From positions 2,294,001-2,358,000 of the forward strand of contig OZ176052.1 in NCBI GenBank assembly GCA_964247055.1: a DNA stretch of 64,000 nucleotides, read 5' to 3'. Numbering within the stretch: position 1 is the stretch's first letter; the number at the start of each line of letters is the position of its first letter. The notes beneath the pieces are model-generated. The model was not told the DNA's origin and ran no database searches. It worked only from the letters and a program-made list of their open reading frames with translations. Of this stretch, positions 40,675 to 59,900 are shown piece by piece. Position numbers and translations under genes: made by a program. Source of the DNA: Paragordius varius (taxonomy: Eukaryota > Animalia > Nematomorpha).

Positions 40675-43082
40675 GAAACTTTAGTTGGTTAAAAGTAAAC
40701 ATTATGTTAATTTAAAATTTTTTATTGATTGTTGATAAAATAAATAAACTTTGAGCAAAGATTGCAAATGACCAATTTTTTGATCCATATATGCTGTGAA
40801 AAACGCTTTCATTTTTTCTATATGTGCAATTTCATAAGCTTGGAATCTCTAAAATGAAATATATACGTAAGTTAATGGAAATTATGTAATTGAGAATATA
40901 CATATAAATTAATTTAATATTGATGCGTTTATTATACAATATAATTAAATCTTTAAGAATTATACAGTATTTTTTTATTAGGACGTGGGTTAAAAATAAT
41001 ATATACCATTTACAATTCAAAATCACCCTCGAACTATTTAAATTCACCCTCAAATAAAATATATGTTTTTTAAATTGAAAATTACCTATATTTTATATTT
41101 TTGAAAAATAAAAATTTCGTTTTAAGTTAATACTGGAAAAATAATTAATTATGCCATAAAGATATATTTCATATTAATAATGAGATATATTAGTTCGAAA
41201 ACACATAATTAATTTTTAGAATGAATTTGAATTATTCAAGGGTGAATAAATTGTTCCAGAGTGAATTTAAATTGTTTAAGGGTGAATTCAAACTGTAAAT
41301 GGTAAATATAAAGTATATTCAATAAAGATCAAAGAGTTCAATATATCGATATTATAAAAAGTATGTTGCATTTCTTTATATTATATATTTAACCCAATAG
41401 AATATTTTAATTAATTTAACAGGGAAAGAATGCATAAATTCCTACTTAAAACATAGAAAAAAATATAGCGAAAGTTATATTAAAATATTATTATATTGAG
41501 TTAAATTTTTGCGCAAATTCAACCAATTTATAAATAAAAGTTTTTTTTATATCACATTAAATATTTTGTATAACATACGTTTAATTTTAAAAAACTTTTT
41601 ATAAATTTTTGATAAAATATTTTTTTTAAAAAAACTGACCTGTGCAGATTCTTGTATACAAGTGATATATTTTTCACGAATATCATTATATTTTTCACAA
41701 GCACTCCTTAATTCTTGTTCTATAAATTATAAGAAATTATTAAATAAATAAATTAATGAATTATTGATAATATAAATAAGATTAATTAAATACTTACTAG
41801 TTTTTTCCAATTTCGCCTTGGCAATCTAAATAATAATTCAAGAAAACATGTAAAATATTTTAAATAGGATATGTATGTTTTGATTTTATAAAACTTGATT
41901 AAATATATATACAAAGTTCCCAAATACTACAAAAAAACGTTAATAATATAATTTTTATTATTTATAATATTATTGGTTTATATTCTTACAACAAATTTGG
42001 GTAATTGACTACCCCAAATTAAGGTTAAACAAAATAACACTATTTAATTCAAGTTATTCAATACAAATTTATTTTAATTAAAATATAATGCTTAAATTTT
42101 TGGTGTTAACCAAATTTTTTTCTATAAATATTATATAAAAATGTATAAATTTGTTGAGACTTAAATAAACCGAATCATATAAAAATTTATATTATATTAT
42201 CATGAAAATAAAAACATATTATTGTATCAATAAGTATATTAAAAAATGCTGCATATCTTCAATATTTAAATACAAAACAATTTAAAAACTCTCGCAAATA
42301 AACTATAATTTTATTGAAATAAAAAAAAGGAAAAAAAAAATACTTTTTCTTTATCTTTAAATTTTTGGTTGCCAGATGGATTTTTTATGGTTTGAGATTC
42401 ATTAAGAACCGTTGAGTGCTGATTCGTGAGAGAAGTGTGATTTGATATTATTTGCGAGGTAGTGGTGGAAATTGTTTCAGGAAGTATATTATATAATTTA
42501 GTATATTCTGAAATTTGTTGATTTAATTTTTCTTGAATCTATCAATTAATTATGATTCAAAAAACCTTTTGAATATTTAATTTGGCCGCATTAAAAGATT
42601 GTATAGATTGAACTGTAGATGTTTCTTCATCTTTTACCTGAAAAAAATTAATTAAAAAACATACAATTTTTAGTTGTTTGACCTGAGAATCAATAAAAAG
42701 CTGTAAGCTCTTGTTTGATTCGTTAAGGGATTTTATTAAATTAGAATGATTCTGAAAGGTGACTTCAGCATTAGAATACAAAATATCCCATAGCGGATTT
42801 ATTGAACTACCGATAAAACTATATATACCCAAAAGGTTGAGAATCAGCTAAATTTTTCAGTATTTTTCGGTTTTTGACATAAAATTTACGATTGGCTTCT
42901 TCAAAAGCGATGCTAGATTTAAAAATAACAGAACCTATCCAAAATATGTTGCTGCAAATTTTTAGAGTCATTTAGATTTGACTTGATATTTTGAATCAAG
43001 ACATCATACCCCTCTTGTTTTTCTCCCTTAAACATGTATAAAAAAAATTTACCCAAAAAACCTGACTAAATTCTAAATTCAT
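23109..43082 (-). CDS. FCHO: FCHO1/2-like endocytic nucleator (N-terminal F-BAR, long low-complexity linker, C-terminal mu-homology domain)
   Basis: Exons 43082-43053, 43026-42935, 42912-42829, 42806-42665, 42637-42566, 42538-42344, 41825-41798, 41719-41640, 40848-40750, 40066-39970 and 37752-~36710, then further exons near 36.4k, 35.2k, 34.5k, 33.5k, 32.2k, 30.7k, 30.2k, 29.3k, 28.7k, 28.0k and 27.3k, plus 23638-23185 and 23131-23109. Peptides match remembered FCHO motifs: FWGEKQEGYDVLIQNIK, FGSINPLWD, IQKRKTGEDLP, VDDEGYSIRP, LRIEIKPI, SLEELKKSVDKLVISP, IHGSIKLILPAKLRH, TLLKYE, ELRIQY, GILRAKY, VKKTLSSGEFFGFQN*. Boundaries of the middle exons are approximate. Confidence 0.88.
25061..25375. 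mobile_element. Probable hAT (Charlie-like) MITE remnant
   Basis: Starts CAGGGGTGTC.AA, contains GGCC motifs, and its right part TTAAAAATGCGGC...CCATTTGTGTT is shared with 32716-32750. Confidence 0.5.
26280..26579. mobile_element. MITE family A
   Basis: TATACCATTTACA ... TGTAAATGGTATA. Confidence 0.85.
31400..31920. mobile_element. MITE family A, one full copy plus a tandem extra right half
   Basis: Full copy 31400-31706, followed by a second core and right TIR ending at 31920. Confidence 0.8.
32500..32761. mobile_element. Probable hAT-like MITE remnant, second copy
   Basis: TGCGGCCCGC...AATGCGGCATGCGAAGCCATTTGTGTTAGATACC..CCCCTG right end. Confidence 0.5.
33769..34029. mobile_element. MITE family A
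   Basis: TATACCATTTATAATTC start, GAACTGTTAATGGTAT end. Confidence 0.85.
37803..39566. mobile_element. Palindromic (fold-back) derivative of an IS630/Tc1/mariner transposon with decayed DDE transposase
   Basis: TA-flanked TIRs TACCATTTGCAC...GTGCAAATGGTA with 20-bp subterminal repeats and long inverted arms. The minus strand at about 38900-38560 encodes IDESGFHNHLRRNYGRSKKGTRAIAKLPNVKGRNVTFIAALG...FILDNAK...FLSPYS (frameshifted). FILDNAK and FLSPYS recur on the plus strand at about 38960-39055. Confidence 0.85.
38138..38360 (-). mobile_element. 3' fragment of an RTE-clade (BovB-like) non-LTR retrotransposon
   Basis: Translates HILRSDSLEKSILFGLVDGTRRRG*PKKRWIDMLKSITNRNFPQLLRESQDHKKWR, resembling the RTE ORF C-terminus, followed by a short (CA)n tail. 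It is absent from the opposite arm of the host palindrome. Confidence 0.75.
40244..40438. mobile_element. MITE family A, partial
   Basis: 20-bp units and core present, termini eroded. Confidence 0.55.
41002..41304. mobile_element. MITE family A
   Basis: TATACCATTTACAATTC start, CTGTAAATGGTA end. Confidence 0.85.
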
Positions 43083-43626
43083 ATGTGTTGAGGCATGAAT
43101 TATGTACAGTCGCTCAATAGCCTTGAAAACTAGATTTTTATAAAGAGTGCACAAAATATTGTATTAAAATGTAGATAACAATGTTATTCTTCCAAGTTTG
43201 CATTCAGCACAGTCTTATGGATCTATTCTAAAGTTGTCGTTTTATAAAAATAATAAAGATAAAAGTTGTTTTCACGACATTTTTTTAGAAATGTGAAAGC
43301 TACTTTTATCAATGGTTTCAATCTTTTTATTTATTTTAAATAAGGTGCTCAGTTACAACTTCAGTGTGAAAATAGAGGTTTTCGTGTCATTAAATAATTT
43401 TTATGGAAACATGGGGCCACCTTAACATTATTTTATATATATACGAATGCGACTAACATAGCCGTTTTCGCCTAAAAATAACCCTTTCCTGAAAAAACAA
43501 AATCCAAGAAAAATTTGATGCAATTTTTAAGAATATAGAATCAAAATTTTAGGCATTCTCCATATTTAACAACACTCTAGTCCAATGGTTTTTATAAGTT
43601 AAACGATGGTAAGGACCCCGCTATCT

Positions 43627-44152
43627 TTAACACATCATTTAAATTGGTCTATAAATACCCCAGACAAAATTTGAATCGATATTTTTAAAAAACTAAAAAA
43701 ACGGTTCCAATTTAAATTTATGCTTCTATCCTAATAAACTTATATAAATTAGGCAAAATATCTAAATAAAACTTAGATTTAGAAAAAAGTTCTGTATCAA
43801 ACTATTTGGATGTCATTTTTATTTCACAACATTATTGCAAAATATCGTGTTTATTTGATTCTAAACCTAAAATTTTGTTTACTTTATTTAAATCATGTTT
43901 AACATTGATATAAACAGGAAAGTGGTATATTTTGCTAAAGCACACATGTCATCTTAGCTAAATCTTTACCTTTCGGTTTTATCTCTAAATCATTAATATC
44001 AAATATTTTATATAAATTATTTCATGTATTTTGGTTCAATGTAATATATTGCAAAATTTTGCTATGGTTAAATTTGTTCTATATGTTATGAAATCTAAGC
44101 TATCCCTATTTGAACAAAAAACTAAAATGATTGTGTTGTATCCAAGTCTTAA
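43627..44152. mobile_element. MITE family B, first unit of a tandem dimer (orientation opposite to the 9480 copy)
   Basis: TTAA at 43627-43630; ends TTGTATCCAAGTCTTAA at 44152. Confidence 0.7.
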
Positions 44153-44703
44153 CATTTCGATTCGAATTGGGGTATCTAAATACCCCAGACTAAATTTAGG
44201 ATTTCTAAAAAAACTACTGAAGGAAACGGTTCCTATTTAAATTTAAGTTTCTATTCTATTAAAAATTATATAAATGACAATATATCTAACTAAAATTTCG
44301 TCCTCCATGTCAAACTACCTAGACGCCATTTTAATTTTATAAAAATTTTGCAAAATGTCGTTTTCGTTAAGTTTTTAGTGTAAAATTAAAACTAATTTAT
44401 TTAAATTATATCTAACATTTATATAAATAGAAATAATGGTTTATTTTGTATTATTTTTGAATTTTACCATTGCACACATGCCACGTTGACTAAAGTTTTA
44501 CCTTTGGTTTTAGTCAAAATAAGTAATATCAAGTATTTTTTATTTTTATATATTTCTGTTTGTTAATGTTATATAAGTGCAAAACTTTGCCTTGGTTTTG
44601 ATTACTTCCATATTTTTTAAGAATTTAATTTTAAACAGGCCTCGGGTATTCAACTACCCCGATTTAAATCGAAGAAAAGGAATGTATTGTATCCAAGTGT
44701 TAA
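44149..44703. mobile_element. MITE family B, second unit of the tandem dimer
   Basis: Begins at the shared TTAA (44149-44152) and ends GTATCCAAGTGTTAA at 44703. Confidence 0.8.
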
Positions 44704-44781
44704 CGTATAAAAATAACGGACGAAGCCAATCAAATTTTGAGATCTAATAAGGGTTTCATAAATTTTTTGTATATAAATATT

Positions 44782-44960
44782 AAATATACAGTTTATAGAG
44801 TCTCTTTTTTCCTTTTTTATTAAAGAGTAAGGACTTAAATTGTATCCGGACATGTGAAGGCTTTAGCACTCGCCTGGCCAGGGCTGACAGTGATGATGGA
44901 AAAATTGCGTAGTTTCGGGGTTCGAACTCAGGCACGCATTGTTCAGTCCGACGCCCTACA
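44782..44960 (-). mobile_element. tRNA-derived SINE copy 1
   Basis: Minus strand has B-box GAGTTCGAACCC, shared body TTTTCCATCATCACTGTCAGCCC...GTCCGGATACAATTTAAGTCCTTAC and tail GAGACTCTA(TA)AACTGTATATTT. Confidence 0.7.
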
Positions 44961-46152
44961 AAATTTTCGTGTATATACATTATGCATTTTAACGATTGCT
45001 CATTCCACACGATAGTTGGGAAATTTTCAACGCAGTAGTAGAAAAAAACATCAAAATGTTGGATAAACAATTTTTTCATTTCTTTTTTCTATATACTACT
45101 GTGTTGCTAATTGCCCAACTCTAGTCTGAAATAAGCAACTAAAATGCATACTGTAAATAAAAATAGTTTAGCGCCTTTAATATAAACAGATGGATATGAT
45201 CCTGTCCACTAAAAAATATACCACCAAACGTGGCTATTAAGCAATTCTTAGATTATATTAAATCAATAATGTCCTAATATATCTATTAAGGTAATATTAT
45301 AATAAAGTGTTTTTATTGAACCCCTGGTTCGGAACCCCTCCACATAATAACGTGGCTTTAAAGCAACTTTTCAAAACTATAATCAATTAATAATCATCAA
45401 ATTTTGGTATTCCCAAAAAAAGGCAAAAATCTATCCCAGCGCTTTTTAAGCTGACCTGCTGGGTAGGGCTTAAATCCGTGCTAAATATCCCACTATAAAA
45501 AACGTCGCATTAAAAGCTTTCGGAAGCGAGACAACATGAAAGAAATATTTTATTTTAAGACAAAAATTTGGCCAGGCACATGGTTGTCGCGCCATATCTT
45601 AAATATGCCACCTTATAAACGTGGCTTTGTAACAACTTTTCGGAAAGCTTATGAGATCATATTTTGATAATGATAGGCTATATGCCATTTAGCGAAACCT
45701 TTAATAGTACATGGCTAGGGCCGTAAACTCAAGTGACCAGATAGGCTGTTTTTCGCAGTACAGTACTGGGTTTTCGGAAAAAAACCGCGTCTGTACTGCG
45801 CTGACTTTTGTACTGCTTCTTTTTGTAGAATTTGATAGAGTACCCTTTGTTAAAATAAAAAATAAATGATTCCTTTTGCGGTAAAAAACTATCGCTTTTC
45901 TTAATTATAATATTTTCTGCTCTAATTATTTGATTTGGGTTTTGGACCGGTCAAATGGCTTATGAAGGCATCCATTCGCGCAGTGGCGGAACTTTAAAGA
46001 TCAGACTCTAGATTTAGATGGTTCTTTCACTCAGGGCATCCACGAAGCGGCTTCAAATTTAGAATAAACACAAAATAAATTTAAATTTTAGTATTTTGAT
46101 CAAGATTTTAAAATTCCAAACATAGTAATATTATTATTATATATCCATATAT

Positions 46153-46736
46153 TTAATACTTCTATTCAAATTGGGGTATCTAAATACCCCAGACTAAATT
46201 TGAATTAAGGTTTTTAAAAAACTACTGAAGGAAACAGTCCCAATTTAAATTTATGCTTCTATCCTAATAAAAATTATATAAATATACCAAAATATCTGAA
46301 TTAAATTTTGTTCTGAAAAAAAGTTCCATGTCAAACTACTTCGACGCATTTTTATTTTACAAAATTTTTGCAAAATATCGTCTTCATTTAAGTTTAAGGG
46401 TAAAATTAAAGCTAATTTTTTATTTAAATTACATCTAACATTGATAGAAATAGAAAATGCGGTTTATTTTGTATTATTTTTCAATTTTACCATTGCAGAC
46501 ATGTCACGTTGACTAAATTTTTACCTTTCGGTTTTAACTTAAAATAAGTAATATCAAGTATTTTTTAAATAAATTTTTATATATATTTCGGTTTATTAAT
46601 GTTATATAAGTGCAAAATTTGCCATGGTTTCGATTCCTTCCATATTTTTTAAAGAATTTAATTTTAAACAGGCCTGGGTTATCCAAATTCTACCCAATCG
46701 AAGGACTGAAATGAATGTGTTGTATCCAAGTGTTAA
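46153..46736. mobile_element. MITE family B
   Basis: TTAA-flanked; near-complete reverse complement of 9480-10046. Confidence 0.85.
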
Positions 46737-48211
46737 TATATGATATAATCATATGTACATACATTTATATTAAATTTTTAATAAATTTATTTGGATATTA
46801 TTAATTGTTTCTAATAATGAGCTTATAAATTAACAAACAATATCATTTATTACATCACACCGAAAATCTTATGTAAAAAATAGGCAAAGTATGTCTTAAT
46901 TTTGTACTGCGTCAGGGTTCTAAATATCTGGTCACATTACCGTAAACTATCAATATGCGTCGCAAAATATTCGTGTCTGAAATTTTTTTTCTAAACAAAC
47001 TGTGTTATCGATTTATTTATAATATTGTGGACCAAGTCGCAGTGACGATATACTTGGTATAGTATGTTATATAAATGTTTTCTTATAAAATATGAAAATT
47101 AATAATCTGAGCATTTGTTTTTCCTGTGATCTGGTGGAATTTGGATACGTATTAGCTAAATATTGTGTAAAAAATGACCAAATGTTTAAATCTGTCCCTG
47201 TAACGACACACCCTTATAGGATTCAGTTGTATGCCTTGGCAATAATAAATGGTAAAATATTTTCGGACTTGTACTCTTTTAACACACATATTTTCGAAAC
47301 ATTAAATTGAGCAGAATAAATTTATTGTGTTGTGCTTTACAAATAACTTTTTTTAAGATAGGATATAAGATTCAATAAACTTTATAAAATATTTTAATAT
47401 AAAATTGGTATATATAATATAATCACATTACAAAATATGTATCTCACATTGATTTTTAATGCCATGTTTGAATTGTATAAATATACAAGATTATTATCAA
47501 AACCAAATAAAAATGTATAAAAAAATATAAATAAGGGCGTAATTTGTATAAAAATATATATTTAAACGACAAACAGTTTATAAGATATTTCCTGCTTTCT
47601 ATTAAATAAAAAAAGTAAAGAATTAAGTATGTATAACTAATCAAATTTTAAGTAATATAAATTAGTTTCTTATTCGTTTATATGATAAAGGGCAATGTCG
47701 GGGTTAATAACCAATTTGTTTCATATACAAATTAATAATATTTTAAAATTATATAATCAAATCTTATTAATGAAAAATAAAAATGGATAGAATATGATAT
47801 ATGGATAAAATTGTTTGGAGAAGCATTTTTTAATTAAAGCATGAGTAAACTACATTGCTAGGTTTTCTTTATATAGCTACAAAGCATACGCAGTAAAGAG
47901 CATTATTATTAGCTAAAAGGGCTAGAAAAAAGCAAAAACTGCATTATTTTCTATGCACCAAAACTTAAAACCAATAAAATTTATCCCTTTACTGTATATG
48001 ATCTGACAATATTTAATGAAAAACTAGCCATGCAATTTAATTCGCATACTATATGTTTTGCCAAAATATAAATAAATCTTTAAATTTAAAACAATCTTGA
48101 CACGGATTTATATTAAAAGATAAATTCCACGAAAGAAACCATTTTAAACAATTTTTGTTGAACAAAATTACATATAACCTAATTTTTATTTTAACATTGT
48201 CAATTAAGTAA

Positions 48212-48307
48212 TTAATCCAAAGGTCTAGGGCCATTAACTGGCATATTATGCAAAACGTTATCAAGTAATTGAAGGGCACGATGTAAATGTATTTCAATTC
48301 AACACGG
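48212..48307 (-). pseudogene. 96-bp duplicate of the Smad4 terminal coding segment
   Basis: Direct repeat of 48373-48468 with 4 substitutions, one turning TGG into TGA. Confidence 0.85.
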
Positions 48308-48372
48308 TTTAAACAATTTTATGTTTTCTACAAAATTAAATTTAACTCAATTTTCAATTAATTAAGCTGTAG

Positions 48373-56843
<8,471 letters not shown>

Positions 56844-56915
56844 ATCACAATTGAGCAAATTAATAAAAGTAAAGCAGATGTAAAAATATAAAAAATATTT
56901 TACGAATAAAAACGC

Positions 56916-59900
56916 ATGTTGAAATTCTTTATATTGTACATTATTATATGCCCTTCATCAACCGTATATGCTATCAAAGATGAAGTAAATTTTTATGTAG
57001 ACGGGGAACATGGGTGTTTTAGACTTTTGAACGGAACTCATCAATTTGGTTGCGGAAGTATTTATTTTTTTCTACTTTTATTTAGCAAAATTAGATGGAA
57101 ATCGGGGAACACTTTTATATCACCAAGATTTGGACGTATTAAATAGCATTTTAAAAAAATACTCATACCATAAATTTTTGATTTTATGTGAACTTACTCA
57201 AGTCGATACTTTTTTTACCTTAACCGAAAACTTTACAAATGTTGAAGGTTTTCTCCTTTATAATAACCACACACTGCCGACCGACTCTTTTTCTCCGGAT
57301 AATCCTATACCAAATGAGATATCTAATCTCTACACTTCTGATTCCTCGTGTTTGAATTGTCGCGAAACCCCGTGGAATAGTTATGGGAAAGCGCTTTTTT
57401 ACAAAAATCATCAAGGCCACCCAATAATATATGTGAGAGATGGCGCAAATGTCGAACGTTTAAAACAAGTGCTAGCACTATTTTGTTAATTTTTATTTGA
57501 AAATGCATTTTAAGATCTTTTTATACCCTAGAAACTAAAATATGTAAAAAATTATAATTATCTTTGTGGTTTATGGTAAATGTGATTAAAATTACTTTAA
57601 TTGAAAATCATATTTTATAATTACACCCTAAAACATAGATGGTTCTAAATACAATTGAAAAAAACAGCCCATCATGAAATTTATAATTCTCGAAAATTGG
57701 TCACCAAACATAATAATAATATGAATTATGTTGTCAAATATTATTTATAAAATATATTTTATTTTAAGGTTTAATTTCTTTAACAAATAAAAAATATACT
57801 TTGCGCCAAAATATTTGAGATAGTTATTTCTCTTTTGCTTTAAAATTTAAAAATTATTTTCATTCATATAATGCGTTCAAAGGCGTACAGAATTCATATT
57901 TCATTCCATCAATAACATCATATATATATATATATATATCATCTTTAAATTTGAAATCGCTTTTATAATAATTAACAAAATATTTCATTTTTCAATCACA
58001 TTTAGTGCTTCCTAAAATATAATCAAGATTTTGCCTTTTTGAATTTTTCCACCATCACCAATTCGCGTGCTACTTGCGCAATTCAAATCGATTTTCTTAT
58101 GCATGCCGTTGGGGATTCCCAGATATGTTTGCGCCGATCACAACTTGATTCACTTTCTTCTAGTATTTCTTTTTAGTTTTTACTTTTCAGTTTTAATTTT
58201 TTTTCATAAATTTTATTGTAATGAATTATTTATTTATAAAAGGGTTGTTGTGGTCTTTGGTGTAAATTAAGGGCATTCGAGCCCTTTGTGATATTTTTTA
58301 TACCCCATTTATTGACAGCGAATTTGTCACCTTTTGTAATAAAAACCAGAGTTTTTAGTTATAAAACCAAAATCAATCAAAAACTTTTTATCTTTTATGT
58401 AGGTCAGCCAATAATAAATTAACTTTAATAATTTCATTATTTTTGAATATTTCTATTGTATGTGAGATTTATATGTATTTTGCTTCGGGACCATTACTAT
58501 TTTAATTATCATAATTATCATTTGTATGGGGATTCGCCATTAAATGGCGGTCATCCGTTAATTTTTTTCCCAATCCTTTCTTGATCAGGCTAAGTCTAGA
58601 TTTATTTAAATTAAGCAAATTTTTTGTGTGAAAATATCTTAGGTACATATTGCCAGGAATTAGGTGACAAAAATGTTTGGACCTTACTGCGGCCAACTAC
58701 TAAACAATCACCAAACAAACCTCAATCAATCGTAGCCATTGTCGCACGAGTAATTTAATTATTCAATCAATTTTTAATTCTATCTTTGTTTTTTTCATTT
58801 AAACGCAATATTCCTTTTTTAAATCTCATTAAATTAAATGAGTATATTTGAGTTTTAATTTATCATCGCTTGCATTTTTAAAATTTGCATTACTTGTTAA
58901 ATTATTTGTTTGAATTTGGTCTTAAACTTCGATTAGGCTAAGGATGCCGAAAAACCGACCGGATACTTTAATAAAAATGACATTTAATTATGTGGAATTA
59001 ATTTTGTTAATACTTAAAATATTTTAATATATAACAGCATAAAATATTGGTTTAATTTTACGAAATAATTTAATTTTTTTGACCAATTTTTTTTATTTAA
59101 AATATAAATTTTTTTCCTCCCACAGATGGATAGTTTAACCATGTTTGATGGCATTTCCCCAGCCACGGAATCATCAGCCCTGGCTATTATAACACTTTTA
59201 TCGATTGCTGAAACGTTACATACATGGCAACTCCAAAATAATTTTAATGTTACTATTAAAGTAAATTATTTTCATATTTAAGACAAAATCCTAAAACTAA
59301 AAAAAAATATTTTATATGAAAACCTATAGCCATACTTTTTTAGACCTTAATAATTCATTTTAATAAAATAATAACCAACAAGAAAAGTAATAGAAATGTA
59401 AATTGGTAATATAACAATTGTAATCATTTAGATTTTATAGTGAAAAAATACGATTTTATTTGAAAAAAATGGTTGATTATAATATCTGTAAAAAAATATT
59501 TGTCATATAATTTTAATGTTTTGTCTTTATAATTTATATATATTTGTAGGATAAAAACTGTCTTTTTGTCCTGTTTAATGGCGAATCGTATGATTATATT
59601 GGTTCAAGTTCACTTTTGTACCATATGAATAATTTATCCGCATTCCCGGCACCCATAATCAATGGGGGCGAAGGCGAAAATATGAGTATTCCTAAACAGC
59701 ATGCACTTATAAATACGAGCCATATCTCCCACATTATTGAACTTGGTCAATTAGGTCTGCCAAAAGGTGTAAATGACGATGTACAAATAAGCTCGTCGTT
59801 TGAAAATCAACCAGTATATTGGATTCATTCAGATCCTGTTTCAAGACAAACGCATCAAACCACAAAATTAAAGGTATAAAATTGGATAAAAAAATGAATT

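Noticed and set aside
47092-47310. 72-aa intergenic ORF
   Set aside because: No motif, splice support or repeat counterpart that I can recognise.
58502-58696. Minus-strand ORF that looked like a nested gene in nicastrin
   Set aside because: TTG start, and its 5' part is the antisense shadow of nicastrin exon 58643-58749.
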